Source of the DNA: an uncultured Pseudomonadota bacterium
GTDB taxonomy: Bacteria; Pseudomonadota; Alphaproteobacteria; UBA9219
Length of the DNA: 64,000 nucleotides
Reading direction: 5' to 3'
Assembly: GCA_903920205.1 (NCBI GenBank)
Contig: CAIXLI010000063.1
Coordinates: 7,913-71,912, forward strand
A model generated the notes under the pieces. The model had not been told where the DNA came from and did not search any database. It saw nothing but the letters and a program-made list of their open reading frames with translations. Of this stretch, positions 28,400 to 39,023 are shown piece by piece (within the stretch, counting starts at the first letter, position 1; every line of letters begins with the position of its first letter). The position numbers and the translations under genes were made by a program.

Positions 28400-29941
28400 G
28401 TGAAGACTTATTATGTCACGACCCCCATTTATTACGTCAACGATGTGCCGCATATAGGCCATGCTTATACCTCACTATCCTGTGATGTTCTGGCTCGGTT
28501 TAAACGGTTGGACGGTTATGACGTCATGTTTCTATCCGGCACCGACGAACACGGGCAAAAAGTCGCCAAATCGGCGGCAAGCGCTGGGGTCGATCCTCAA
28601 ACCTTTACTGATGGGGTTTCAGAAAATTTCCGTGGTTTGCTGGACACGCTGAATATCTCCAATGACGATTTCATCCGCACGACCGAAGAACGGCACATCA
28701 AGTCGTGTCAGGCGTTGTGGAACGACTTACTGAAGCGCGGCGAGCTTTATCTGGGCAAATATGCCGGATGGTACGCCGTCCGCGACGAAGCCTATTACGG
28801 CGAGGACGAATTAACGGAAGGGACGGGCGGCAAGAAAATCGCTCCCTCCGGCGCGGAATGCGAATGGGTGGAAGAGCCAAGCTATTTCTTCAAGCTTTCC
28901 GCTTGGGGCGACCGGTTGTTGAAATTCTATGACGAAAACCCCGATTTTATTTTGCCGCATACGCGCCGCAACGAAGTGATAAGCTTCGTCAAATCCGGCA
29001 TGCGCGATTTGTCTGTGTCTCGCACGGCGATTACTTGGGGCGTGCCTGTGCCCAATGAGCCGAAGCATGTCATGTATGTCTGGCTCGACGCTTTGACTAA
29101 CTACATTACGGCGCTGGGCTATCCCGACACGCAGGCCGAGAAATATAAAAAACATTGGCCTGCCAATGTGCATATGGTGGGCAAGGATATCCTTCGTTTC
29201 CATGCGGTTTACTGGCCCGCCTTTCTGATGGCGGCGGGGCTGGAATCGCCCAAGCGCGTCTTTGCGCATGGCTGGTGGACGAATGAAGGGCAGAAGATTT
29301 CCAAATCGCTCGGCAATGTTATTGATCCTTATGAGTTGTTGCAGACTTACGGCCTTGATCAGACTCGCTATTTCCTGATGCGCGAAGTGCCGTTTGGCAA
29401 TGACGGCGACTTTTCGCGCAGCGCGATGATCCGCCGCATCAACAGCGACCTCGCCAACGGCATCGGTAATCTGGCGCAGCGTAGCCTGTCGCAGATTGCA
29501 AAAAATTGCGGCGGTGTCGTACCTAAGCGTGGCGCGTTTACTGAAGCCGATCAGAATTTGCTAGGCTCGGCGCAGGGGCTTCTGGCTTCCGTGCGGCAAG
29601 AAATGGACGTGCAAGCTTTTCATAAGGCGCTTGACCGCCTTTGGGCCGTCATTGCTCAAGCCGACCGCTATGTCGACGAACAAGCGCCCTGGGCTTTGAA
29701 GAAAACGGACATAGCGCGGATGGAAACGGTTTTGTATGTACTGGCGGAAACGCTGCGTTACTTGGGCGTTTTGCTGCTGCCGTTCATGCCGGATTCCGCT
29801 AATGCCTTGCTCGATCAACTCGCCGTTCCCGCCGCCGAACGCAATTTTGCGTATTTGACGGAAAAGTATGCGTTGAAGAGCGGAACTCCTTTGTCCGCGC
29901 CGCAAGGGATATTCCCCCGCTATGTAGAGCCCGTCGCGTGA
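28400..29941 (+). CDS. metG: methionine--tRNA ligase
   Basis: TTPIYYVNDVPHIGHAY, GTDEHGQK, YVWLDAL, GKDILRFH and KISKS motifs. Confidence 0.98.
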   Translation: MKTYYVTTPIYYVNDVPHIGHAYTSLSCDVLARFKRLDGYDVMFLSGTDEHGQKVAKSAASAGVDPQTFTDGVSENFRGLLDTLNISNDDFIRTTEERHIKSCQALWNDLLKRGELYLGKYAGWYAVRDEAYYGEDELTEGTGGKKIAPSGAECEWVEEPSYFFKLSAWGDRLLKFYDENPDFILPHTRRNEVISFVKSGMRDLSVSRTAITWGVPVPNEPKHVMYVWLDALTNYITALGYPDTQAEKYKKHWPANVHMVGKDILRFHAVYWPAFLMAAGLESPKRVFAHGWWTNEGQKISKSLGNVIDPYELLQTYGLDQTRYFLMREVPFGNDGDFSRSAMIRRINSDLANGIGNLAQRSLSQIAKNCGGVVPKRGAFTEADQNLLGSAQGLLASVRQEMDVQAFHKALDRLWAVIAQADRYVDEQAPWALKKTDIARMETVLYVLAETLRYLGVLLLPFMPDSANALLDQLAVPAAERNFAYLTEKYALKSGTPLSAPQGIFPRYVEPVA

Positions 29942-30783
29942 GCGAGGAGTACGCCGCGCGGTTGCGCCAGAGCTTAGGCGGTAGTTTTATCGTTCTTGCG
30001 ACCGTGGATTCGACGATGCGCGTGATGAGTGAGCTGATCGACCAAAACTATAGGGACGGAATAACCGTTCTCGCCTTGGAACAAACGGCGGGACGCGGCA
30101 GCGGCGACAGAAAATGGGCATCGGCTGTCGGCAACGCCATGTTCAGCCGTTGCATCGCCGTTCTTCCCGACGAATATGGGCAGGAAATGGAAATGATTGC
30201 CGCCTGCGCCGTGGCCGAGATCATGCGCGATCTTTTGCCTGACCGCGACGTTACGCTTAAATACCCCAATGATGTGTTGGTGGACGGTAAGAAAATATGC
30301 GGATGTCTCGTTCCTCCGTCTTATGATGTTGACGCGGGCGTTGCGCGGAGAATTAATCTTGGCGTTGGCGTGAATTTGAAAGTCGCGCCGGAATTGTCGA
30401 ACGGCATGCGTGCGACAAGCCTTTCCGCGTTAGGCAAAGATACTGATATCCCTGATTTCATGAGGAAGTTTGAGGATAAATTTGCCAACATTTTGGGGCA
30501 GTATCGGCAAGATGCTTCGTTCGACACGGTTCTGCGACGCATGGGGTTTCTTGATGTCGAGGGCATGCTGACGTTGCGCTCCCCTCAAGCTGACCAAGAC
30601 GTGCGCGGGACGTATGTGGGATTCACGGTTAAGGAAAGGGACGGCAAGCCCGCCGCATTCCTCGTGCTTCGCAGTCAGGGCGTAGAGATCCCCCATCCGG
30701 TGCATGCCTTCACGATGTTCAGCCAGCCGCAACGCAGAGATTTTTCGTTCGAACAGCAAACAAAACACTATGCCTACGGTTAA
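29938..30783 (+). CDS. divergent biotin--protein ligase (BirA-like)
   Basis: VDSTM, EQTAGRGSGDRKWAS, LKYPNDVLVDGKKICG and GVGVNL motifs. Confidence 0.75.
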   Translation: MSEEYAARLRQSLGGSFIVLATVDSTMRVMSELIDQNYRDGITVLALEQTAGRGSGDRKWASAVGNAMFSRCIAVLPDEYGQEMEMIAACAVAEIMRDLLPDRDVTLKYPNDVLVDGKKICGCLVPPSYDVDAGVARRINLGVGVNLKVAPELSNGMRATSLSALGKDTDIPDFMRKFEDKFANILGQYRQDASFDTVLRRMGFLDVEGMLTLRSPQADQDVRGTYVGFTVKERDGKPAAFLVLRSQGVEIPHPVHAFTMFSQPQRRDFSFEQQTKHYAYG

Positions 30784-31213
30784 ACTGCGCGGACACCACT
30801 TTCTCTGTATCCTTTGCTATCGCGGCGAGGGGTATACGGCGGGGTTTGTCAAAAATTTTGATGGCATGGTCGAACGCATCAACAAAGGTGCGACAATTGA
30901 AATCGTCTTAGGCATCGACGATGTTTGCGCCGCTCTACACCAAAGCGGCGCAATGGCTTGTGAGCACGCAGAGGTTTGCCGTCAGGAAAGCGTGAACCGC
31001 CGCGACAAGAGCGCTCTTCAAGACATCGCCAATGTTCTTCAAAAATCGATGGAAAGTGGCGACACGCTCGCGCTCATGAAAAACGACATTAATCACTTGC
31101 GCCAGCTTTTTGCACAGGGGGCAATCCGCCAAGCATGTGCGGATTGCCCGTGGTTCGAGTTTTGCTCGCAAATCGCCGCCGAAGATTTCTCCGGCGTCAG
31201 ACTGTTCCCGTAA
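30770..31213 (+). CDS. DUF1284-like Cys-rich protein
   Basis: LRGHHFLCILCYRGEGY, DDVCA and CADCPWFEFC motifs. Confidence 0.85.
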   Translation: MPTVKLRGHHFLCILCYRGEGYTAGFVKNFDGMVERINKGATIEIVLGIDDVCAALHQSGAMACEHAEVCRQESVNRRDKSALQDIANVLQKSMESGDTLALMKNDINHLRQLFAQGAIRQACADCPWFEFCSQIAAEDFSGVRLFP

Positions 31214-31216
31214 AGC

Positions 31217-31783
31217 TCAGCCCTTCACATCCGCCGCGACGCGCATATGCAGGATCTTGGTGGGGTCGGAAACGGTGCCGTTATTGGCTTGCGAACCGGC
31301 CTTGATCTTGTCGACGAATTCCATGCCGGAGGTTACCTGTCCCCAAACGGTGTACTGACCGTCTAAGAAGGAGGCGGGCGCGAAGCAGATAAAGAACTGG
31401 CTGTCGCCGCTATCGGGGTTCGATGCGCGCGCCATGGATACTGTGCCGCGCAGATGGGGTTCGCGTGAAAATTCGGCTTTCAGCTTTTGACCTGAACCGC
31501 CTGTGCCGTCGCCGCGCGGATCGCCCGTTTGCGCCATAAAGTCGGGGATAACGCGGTGGAACGACAGGCCGTCATAAAAACTCTTGCGCGCCAATTCCTT
31601 GATCCGCGCCACATGATGGGGTGCCAGATCGGGACGCAGTTGAATAACGACGCGCCCTGCGGGAAGGTCGAGATAAATCGTGTTTTCAAGATCAAGAGCG
31701 GGCGCGGCGGAAGCGGACATGGAAAAAACTCCGGGCAAGAGGGCTAAAAGGACGGCAAACAGGCGGATAAAACGAGTCATCAT
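31217..31783 (-). CDS. cyclophilin-type peptidyl-prolyl isomerase (exported)
   Basis: Signal peptide; LRPDLAP, FHRVIPDFMAQTGDP, SMARA, SQFFI and LDGQYTVWG motifs. Confidence 0.95.
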   Translation of the reverse strand: MMTRFIRLFAVLLALLPGVFSMSASAAPALDLENTIYLDLPAGRVVIQLRPDLAPHHVARIKELARKSFYDGLSFHRVIPDFMAQTGDPRGDGTGGSGQKLKAEFSREPHLRGTVSMARASNPDSGDSQFFICFAPASFLDGQYTVWGQVTSGMEFVDKIKAGSQANNGTVSDPTKILHMRVAADVKG

Positions 31784-31850
31784 GGGGACACCAGTAAAAA
31801 GTTGGGTCGAAGACGAATTCGAGATATATACAAAAATAGGGGGAGAAACA

Positions 31851-32387
31851 ATGAACAAAAACCGCGCCTTGCTTTTGGACAGGGACGGCGTCGTCAATGC
31901 CGATTACGGCTATGTCGGCGCGGCGTGGAAATTCGACTTTCTGCCTGGCTTGTTCCCCTTTCTTCGCGCCGCGCAGGATAAAGGCTATCGCCTTGCCGTT
32001 CTGACCAACCAATCGGGCGTCGCACGCGGGCTTTATACTGAAAAAGACTACCAAAGCGTCACCGCGCATATGCTCTCCGTCCTCCGGCGCGAAGCGATCA
32101 CGTTCGACCTGACTTTGGCGTGTTTTGAGCATCCCGAAGGCACAATCCCCGCCTATGCCTTTGAAAGCTTCTGGTGGAAGCCCAATCCAGGCATGGTGTT
32201 AGAAGCCATCCGCCGCCTCGACCTCGACCCTGCGCAATCGGCCTTTCTGGGGGACAATCTGCGCGATATGCAGGCGGCGCAAGGCGGCAAGATAAGCCGT
32301 TGCTTGTGGCTGACACAGAAAGAAGTCGCGGCTCCGGCGGGGGTCGATTGTGTCAAAACTTATGACGAGGCGCTGCGTTTCCTTTAA
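31851..32387 (+). CDS. gmhB: D-glycero-manno-heptose bisphosphate phosphatase (HAD IIIA)
   Basis: LLDRDGVVN, TNQSGVARG, KPNPGM and GDNLRD motifs. Confidence 0.85.
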   Translation: MNKNRALLLDRDGVVNADYGYVGAAWKFDFLPGLFPFLRAAQDKGYRLAVLTNQSGVARGLYTEKDYQSVTAHMLSVLRREAITFDLTLACFEHPEGTIPAYAFESFWWKPNPGMVLEAIRRLDLDPAQSAFLGDNLRDMQAAQGGKISRCLWLTQKEVAAPAGVDCVKTYDEALRFL

Positions 32388-34834
32388 GGCGATGTCTGCC
32401 GGAACTCAGCGGGGAAGGTAATGCCGCCAGCCGAATCCGTGTGAAGGCCTCCCAGATTTTTCAGATAAAAATGGAAGGCGACGGACGTGCCGGAACTGAT
32501 ATCGGCCCGAACAGTGTTGTTGCGCGACACATTGACGCCGAAAGCAAAGCATTCATCGACATAAGTCAGGGCGACGCCAGAACTGCGCGACCCTGGTTGC
32601 GGATCGAAAGCCTGCACATGCGATCCCGAAAACGTCCAGTATTTGGCAAAATTCGACGACAAGCCAAAGGTTATCTGCCTAACCTGATCGACCAAATTGG
32701 TCGCCGCGTTGGCTGTATAGGCTTGAATATAGCGTATCGAAGGGCGGAAAACGGGCGCGCCGAAAGACACCAAAGCATCCTGCCTTTGCGGCGAAAGATC
32801 TTTTTCTGCCAAACGGAACCCATAATTGGCATCAAACCAGGGGGCGGGGGAAAAGTCGATGCGTCCTACATAATCAGAGGCTTGTGTGTTAAGCCCCGAC
32901 ATCGCAGGGAAGGCGTTATTGTGACTGAAGTCATAGCTTTGACCGCCGAAAACATCGATACGTGCGCCAGAATTCATCGTGATCGCGTTGCGCAGACCAT
33001 AGGTGGTGCGGCTTCCCCCTTCGATCAAATCGCTGCCAGTAAAGCGGTTGGGCGAAAACAGGTTGGTTTCATCGAATTCGACATCCAAACTGTCTTCGAT
33101 CGGCTGCTTGGCGCTCGTACGCACCGTGGGCGCGGCTGTCAGGGCGACAATCGGCTCCATCAGATGCTGATACCCGTCGCCGCTGCGCCCCATCGGATAG
33201 CGCATGACGGCGTTGGCTTGACCAAACGGGCGCGTGAACAGGGTTTGATTATAGGCGGTGGTGTTATCTGGCGCGACCACGTTATTGGCCCAATAACTGT
33301 CGGTCCGTGCTAAGCCTGAAATCGTCGTTTCCAGCCCCGTACTGGAAATCAGCTGCCTTTGCCATCCGGCGTTCAGCGATAAACGGCGCGTATCGGGGCC
33401 TTGCTGCGCGAGGGGTTGTCCCGCATTGTTGCGCGTGGTCACAAGCGTATTGCCGTCAAAGGACCATCGCCCCCCCCATGTCTTTCCGGGATCGCCTAGC
33501 GCGCTAAAAGCCACCGAAGGCAACACGGTCGGCTCCGAAACGTCGGTGCCTGCGCGCAAATCCTGAAAATAGTAAGAATTGACGACGGCGTAATTGCGAC
33601 CTTGAAAACCCTCAGCATAAGCGCGACTGGTCGTCTGATCGAGCGATGAGATATTATAGCGGCTCAAATAGCTTTTATCTGATGCATATTGCACGTCGCT
33701 TCCCGCGCGCCATGTGTTGTCGAGATCATACCGGAATTTGCCGAACAAATGACCGCGCCATTGCTTCCCCTTGTCTGCGCCAGTATCGTCTATCAGCGTA
33801 GCTTCCGTCATCGAGCCGTTCAGCAACAAAGACCCTCGATCAAAACGCTCGCGGTATTGGGTGTCGAGCTGGAGTTTATCGACAGAGCTAAAAGTCGGCG
33901 TCAGCGTCATGTCTTTATCCGGCGCGATGTCGACGTAATAGGGCGTCTTGATAAACGCGCCGAGATTGGGTGTTTCTCCCGGCATGGGCGACAAGAATCC
34001 CTGCCGACGCTTAACGGTTGGGTCGGGGGCCGACATATAGGGCGTATAGGCGATCGGTACCCCCGCGAAATCGACGGTTGCGTCGTGGTAATAAATCTCG
34101 TGCTCGACGTTATCATGCGTGATTGTGCCCGCTCTCATTTGCCATAAAGGCTCTTGCTCGGGATGTTCGCGGCACACATTACAGGCGGTGTACATGGCTT
34201 GATCCGCCACGGTATAGCGCTCGTCATAACGTTGAGAAACCCTAGCCGCCATGCGCGAATTGTCAGGAAACAGGACGCCAATATTCTGGGCAAAGGCTTG
34301 CTTCATGTCGCCCGTTATTTCCTGATGATCGGCGAATTCCACTTCGCCTGTCGGCGTTAAAAGCGCGACATGCCCGTCGGCGGCCATCACCCCTGTTTTC
34401 TGGTTATAGGAAACCTTGTCGGCATGCAGCACATAGTCGCCATGCACCAGCTCGACTTTGCCAGACGCGGTGACGATGCCGGTCGCACTGTCCGAATGCA
34501 TTTGCTTGGCGGTAATCAGCGTTTCTCCGGCATGTTCCGTCTTCGTGTCGGCGACTGCGGGGCGGGGCTTAGCAACAGGAGCAGGGTTAATTTCCGCGCG
34601 AGGAACGGGCCCGACATAGCCCAACGGCATTGGCAAAACAACCGAAGTCTGTGGCGCGGGGCCGACATAACCCCGCGACGGCACCGTCGCCGTCGTAGCG
34701 CGAGGCACCGGCCCGACATACCCTAATGGCATAATGGGAGACTGTATCTCGGCGCGACACGGCAAAGCCCATGGCAATGTCAGAAGACATACCGCGCTCC
34801 ACGCGAATCGTTTGGAGAAAAACCCGAAGCTCAT
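32384..34834 (-). CDS. lptD: LPS assembly protein LptD
   Basis: OstA-like N-terminal domain (ASGKVEL, YTACNVC), RRQGFL, beta-barrel region, NRFTGSDLIEGG and YVDECF. Confidence 0.93.
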   Translation of the reverse strand: MSFGFFSKRFAWSAVCLLTLPWALPCRAEIQSPIMPLGYVGPVPRATTATVPSRGYVGPAPQTSVVLPMPLGYVGPVPRAEINPAPVAKPRPAVADTKTEHAGETLITAKQMHSDSATGIVTASGKVELVHGDYVLHADKVSYNQKTGVMAADGHVALLTPTGEVEFADHQEITGDMKQAFAQNIGVLFPDNSRMAARVSQRYDERYTVADQAMYTACNVCREHPEQEPLWQMRAGTITHDNVEHEIYYHDATVDFAGVPIAYTPYMSAPDPTVKRRQGFLSPMPGETPNLGAFIKTPYYVDIAPDKDMTLTPTFSSVDKLQLDTQYRERFDRGSLLLNGSMTEATLIDDTGADKGKQWRGHLFGKFRYDLDNTWRAGSDVQYASDKSYLSRYNISSLDQTTSRAYAEGFQGRNYAVVNSYYFQDLRAGTDVSEPTVLPSVAFSALGDPGKTWGGRWSFDGNTLVTTRNNAGQPLAQQGPDTRRLSLNAGWQRQLISSTGLETTISGLARTDSYWANNVVAPDNTTAYNQTLFTRPFGQANAVMRYPMGRSGDGYQHLMEPIVALTAAPTVRTSAKQPIEDSLDVEFDETNLFSPNRFTGSDLIEGGSRTTYGLRNAITMNSGARIDVFGGQSYDFSHNNAFPAMSGLNTQASDYVGRIDFSPAPWFDANYGFRLAEKDLSPQRQDALVSFGAPVFRPSIRYIQAYTANAATNLVDQVRQITFGLSSNFAKYWTFSGSHVQAFDPQPGSRSSGVALTYVDECFAFGVNVSRNNTVRADISSGTSVAFHFYLKNLGGLHTDSAGGITFPAEFRQTSP

Positions 34835-34995
34835 ACCCCAAGAATTGCCAGAGGGAACGGCTGGGAGCAAGAATTTAGTCGTTCTGGCGCCAAGAAGAAG
34901 CAAGAATCCGCTAATCTTCGGTATTCAGGGGATATTAAAGCATGAGCGGGCTCACTTCTCGCCCTTGCTCAAGACCTGACACAAAAAACCCTGCT

Positions 34996-36399
34996 TTATT
35001 CCTTGGCCTTCACGATAGCCGGAGGGCGGCGCAGAAAGGCGGGCAAAGCCGTATCGTCGAAAGCGTCGCCGCTTGTTGCTTGCCTAGGGCGCGGTTGGGC
35101 GCGGGGTGCTGCTTCTTGCGGTGCAGCGCGCGGCGCAGAAATCGGGGGTGACGGTTCGCGGCTGCGCGGTGGTGGGCTTGAATTTCGGTCGCGCCCATGA
35201 CGGCGGTCGCGGGATTTATCGTTGCTGCGGTGCCGGTGGTGATGGCGTTCTTCTTCGCGCGGTTCGCCCAGACCCTCGATGCTTTCGCGGTCGAGGGTTT
35301 TCTTAATCAAATGCTCGATGGCAGCGACCTGTTTGGAATCGTCGGGGGTCACCAACGTATAGGCGGTACCGCTTAATCCTGCGCGTGCCGTGCGACCGAT
35401 GCGATGCACATAATCTTCCGCATTGAACGGTACATCAAAATTAAACACATGACTGACGGCGTCGATGTCCAGCCCGCGCGCGGCGACATCGCTGCACACC
35501 AAAAGCGCGATTTCATTGCGGCGGAATTTGTCCAAGGTCGCCGTGCGCTCGGATTGCTCCATATCGCCATGCAACGCGCCTGCGTTAAAGCCGTGCTTGA
35601 CCAGAGATTTATGCAACGAAGCAACGTCGCGCTTGCGGTTGCAGAAAATAAACGCGTTTTTTACAGCGTCCCGCTTCAGCAAATGGCGCAAAGTTTCGCG
35701 CTTTAGCCAATCATTGTTCTGCCCCATAACCGCCAGCTTCTGCGTCACATTGGTCGCGGTGCTGGAAGGCGGGGAAACGGTCACGGTTTTCGGATTGCTC
35801 AGGAATCGGTCGGCCAACTTGCGGATTTCCGGCGGCATTGTTGCCGAGAAAAACAAAGTTTGCTTCAAAGGCGGCAACATTCCTGCGATGCGTTCGACAT
35901 CGGGAATAAAGCCCATATCAAGCATGCGGTCGGCTTCGTCGATCACGAAAATCTTGATATCCGCCAGCATGATTTTGCCGCGATCAAACAAATCCATCAT
36001 GCGCCCGGGCGTGGCGATCAAAACATCGACGCCGCTGTCCAAGGCGCGGATCTGGTCGCCCATCATCTCGCCGCCGACCAAAAGAGCCATCGAAAGCTTG
36101 TGATATTTTCCGTAGTTTTCAAAATTTTCCGCAACCTGCGCCGCAAGTTCCCGCGTTGGTTCCAGAATAAGCGAACGAGGCATCCGCGCTCTTGCGCGGC
36201 CGGAACCCAAAACTTCCAGCATCGGCAGCACGAAACCCGCTGTCTTGCCGGTGCCTGTTTGTGCGCAACCTAAAAGATCGCGTCCTTGCAAGACGTAAGG
36301 GATGGCTTGTTCTTGGATAGGGGTTGGGGTCGTATATCCGACATCCTGAATAGCCTTGAGGATGTCTTCGCTCAGCCCTAAATCGGCAAATGTGGTCAC
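34996..36399 (-). CDS. DEAD-box RNA helicase (RhlE-like)
   Basis: Q motif, AQTGTGKT, PTRELA, DEADRMLDMGF, SAT and HRIGRTAR motifs. Confidence 0.96.
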   Translation of the reverse strand: MTTFADLGLSEDILKAIQDVGYTTPTPIQEQAIPYVLQGRDLLGCAQTGTGKTAGFVLPMLEVLGSGRARARMPRSLILEPTRELAAQVAENFENYGKYHKLSMALLVGGEMMGDQIRALDSGVDVLIATPGRMMDLFDRGKIMLADIKIFVIDEADRMLDMGFIPDVERIAGMLPPLKQTLFFSATMPPEIRKLADRFLSNPKTVTVSPPSSTATNVTQKLAVMGQNNDWLKRETLRHLLKRDAVKNAFIFCNRKRDVASLHKSLVKHGFNAGALHGDMEQSERTATLDKFRRNEIALLVCSDVAARGLDIDAVSHVFNFDVPFNAEDYVHRIGRTARAGLSGTAYTLVTPDDSKQVAAIEHLIKKTLDRESIEGLGEPREEERHHHRHRSNDKSRDRRHGRDRNSSPPPRSREPSPPISAPRAAPQEAAPRAQPRPRQATSGDAFDDTALPAFLRRPPAIVKAKE

Positions 36400-36579
36400 A
36401 GTTATCTTATCTCATCTGTTTATTGTTGCAGCGCAGTCTAGCAGAGAAGCGCCGCCAAGTGCAATCAAAGCCGTGTTTTCTGCGAATTCTCCGCTACGGC
36501 TTCGTATCTTCCGCCTTCCGCGAGAAAACGTCTCGCGGAAGGATCGGATTAACATGCTGGAATATAAGGAACTTCCTCG

Positions 36580-38394
36580 TTACGCTTCAACTTGCTTCGC
36601 CATGCGCTTGCGCATGTTGGGGTCGAGATAGCGTTTGCGCAGACGGATTGATTTGGGCGTTACTTCGACCAATTCGTCGTCGGCAATATAGGCGATGGCC
36701 TTTTCCAAGGTCAGGATAATCGGCGGAGTCAAGCGAACGGCTTCGTCTTTGGATGTCGTGCGCATGTTGGTCAATTGCTTGCCCTGCATAACGTTGACGT
36801 CCAGATCGTTGCTCTTGGAATGTTCGCCGACGATCATGCCTTCGTATACTTTCGTGCCCGGGACGATCATCATGGGGCCGCGTTCTTCCAGCTTCCACAT
36901 CGCATAGGCAACAGCCTCGCCTGTGCCCATCGAAATAATAACCCCTGTGCGTCGCGCCGAGATCGCGCCTTTGTAAGGCGCATAGCTGTGGAACAAGCGG
37001 TTCATCAAGCCCGTTCCGCGTGTGTCGCTCAGGAATTCGCTGTAATAGCCGATCAAGCCGCGCGAAGGCGCCAAGAAGGTCAAACGAACCTTACCGCCGC
37101 CCGAAGGACGCATATCGGTCATCTCGGCCTTGCGTTCTGACATCTTGTTAACAACGGTGCCCGAATAAGGTTCATCGACGTCGATCACCACTTCTTCAAT
37201 GGGCTCGTGACGCTGGCCGTCAATGGTCTGGAACAACACGCGGGGGCGGCTGATCGAAAGTTCGAAGCCTTCGCGGCGCATGGTTTCAATCAAAATGCCC
37301 AATTGCAATTCGCCGCGTCCTGCTACTTCGAACGCATCCTTGTCCTGCGATTCCGTTACGCGGATGGCGACGTTGGTTTCGACTTCGCGCATCAGGCGGT
37401 CGCGGATCATGCGGCTGGTCACCTTGTCGCCTTCGGTTCCCGCCAAAGGAGAATCGTTGACCGAGAAAGTCATGCCAATGGTCGGCGGATCAATGGGGCG
37501 TGCGTGAAGCGGCGCTTCCACAATTAAATCGCACAAAGTATCGGCAACGGTCGCCTTGCTCAAACCGGCGACGGCAACGATATCTCCTGCGCTGGCTTCT
37601 TCGACCGCGACGCGTTCCAAGCCGCGGAACGCCATGATCTTGGTCACGCGGCCTTGCTCGACCAGCTTGCCATCATGCGTCAAAGCCTTGACCGGCATAT
37701 TCACCTTGATCGTGCCTGTCTGCACGCGCCCCGTCAGCATGCGCCCCAAATAGGGGTTCGCTTCCAAAAGCGTTGCCAGCATCGTAAAGGGCGCTGTCGC
37801 ATCGACTTTTGGTGGTGGCACATGGTTGGTGATAAGGTCGAACAAAGGAGTCAAATCCTTGGGTTCGTCGCCCATCTTCTCGATTGCCCAGCCATTGCGG
37901 CCTGACGCGAAAAGGGTCGGGAAATCCAATTGCTCTTCCGTCGCGTCCAAAGCCGCGAACAGATCGAAAATTTCGTCGTGAACCTGATGCGCGCGCGCGT
38001 CGGGACGATCAATCTTGTTAATCACAACCATAGGGCGCAACCCGATGGTCAAAGCCTTGCCCAAAACGAACTTGGTTTGCGGCAAAGGGCCTTCGGCGGC
38101 ATCGACCAACAAAACAACGCCGTCCACCATCGACAAAATACGTTCGACTTCGCCGCCGAAATCGGCGTGCCCTGGGGTGTCGACGATATTGATGCGCAGA
38201 TCGTCATGCATGATCGAGGTGCACTTGGCGAGAATGGTAATGCCACGTTCCCGTTCCAGATCGTTGCTGTCCATCGCCCGTTCCGCGACTTGCTGGTTTT
38301 CGCGAAAGGTACCGGATTGCTTAAGCATTTGATCGACCAGCGTTGTTTTTCCGTGATCGACGTGGGCGATGATAGCAATGTTGCGAAGCTTCAT
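36580..38394 (-). CDS. typA: translational GTPase TypA/BipA
   Basis: [36 protein letters not shown] and [15 protein letters not shown] motifs. Confidence 0.98.
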   Translation of the reverse strand: MKLRNIAIIAHVDHGKTTLVDQMLKQSGTFRENQQVAERAMDSNDLERERGITILAKCTSIMHDDLRINIVDTPGHADFGGEVERILSMVDGVVLLVDAAEGPLPQTKFVLGKALTIGLRPMVVINKIDRPDARAHQVHDEIFDLFAALDATEEQLDFPTLFASGRNGWAIEKMGDEPKDLTPLFDLITNHVPPPKVDATAPFTMLATLLEANPYLGRMLTGRVQTGTIKVNMPVKALTHDGKLVEQGRVTKIMAFRGLERVAVEEASAGDIVAVAGLSKATVADTLCDLIVEAPLHARPIDPPTIGMTFSVNDSPLAGTEGDKVTSRMIRDRLMREVETNVAIRVTESQDKDAFEVAGRGELQLGILIETMRREGFELSISRPRVLFQTIDGQRHEPIEEVVIDVDEPYSGTVVNKMSERKAEMTDMRPSGGGKVRLTFLAPSRGLIGYYSEFLSDTRGTGLMNRLFHSYAPYKGAISARRTGVIISMGTGEAVAYAMWKLEERGPMMIVPGTKVYEGMIVGEHSKSNDLDVNVMQGKQLTNMRTTSKDEAVRLTPPIILTLEKAIAYIADDELVEVTPKSIRLRKRYLDPNMRKRMAKQVEA

Positions 38395-38608
38395 ATTCTC
38401 ACAAAAGTTGTCTTGAGGGTTACGGGGGGACGATCAAATCCCCTCCAAGGGACAATCGCCACGCTCATTCTGTGCGCAGGGTTACGAGTTACAGCGGCTT
38501 TCGTCAATCTTTATCGACAAATTCAGGACAATTCAGCCAAAAAGCATCGATTTTTTCTTGGGTTAGGACGCGACCTTCTTTGAGTTTTCGAGTTTTTTGC
38601 GAATCCAC

Positions 38609-38633
38609 TATTTACTTTCAGGCCTGTATGTTA
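38609..38633 (+). promoter_or_regulatory. shared upstream motif TATTTACTTTCA-N5-GTATGTTA, copy 1
   Basis: 20 of 25 positions identical to 53210-53234. Confidence 0.5.
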
Positions 38634-38687
38634 ATCTTTTTAAAAAAATGGGGCTAGGCAATCTAATTTTGAAAGGAAAACAGTATA

Positions 38688-38984
38688 ATGTTCGATCCGT
38701 ATAAAACGGCTGGTCGCAATATTTTAGAGATTTTTGTCGTAGTAGGAGTGACGATTGGGGGTGTGGCCTTATGGGATTCAAAGGAGGACGATAGAGCCAG
38801 ATTTACTTTGGAAAAGGATTCGAAGACTTATGCCCACAATCCTCAAATAGCGAATGAGAATTTTAAGCTTACAGGAACGGGGCTTGTTATCGCTACGATT
38901 AATGGCAGGTCATATCTAGTAAATGCAGGTGACGGTCTTTCGGGCACGCAAAAGGTCTATATGACCCCTATGCCCAAGCCGTGA
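38688..38984 (+). CDS. small hypothetical protein with an N-terminal TM segment (orphan, AT-rich)
   Basis: AAAGGA RBS; 98 aa; one hydrophobic segment. Confidence 0.65.
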   Translation: MFDPYKTAGRNILEIFVVVGVTIGGVALWDSKEDDRARFTLEKDSKTYAHNPQIANENFKLTGTGLVIATINGRSYLVNAGDGLSGTQKVYMTPMPKP

Positions 38985-39023
38985 CGTTTTTTTGGCTTTT
39001 TTGAAGACTACGGCAGAACAGGT

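Noticed and set aside
38609..38636. Shared motif read as a dif-like Xer site (right half resembles TTATGTTAAAT)
   Set aside because: The left arm lacks the inner TAA of XerC sites, and both copies sit at promoter distance from start codons.
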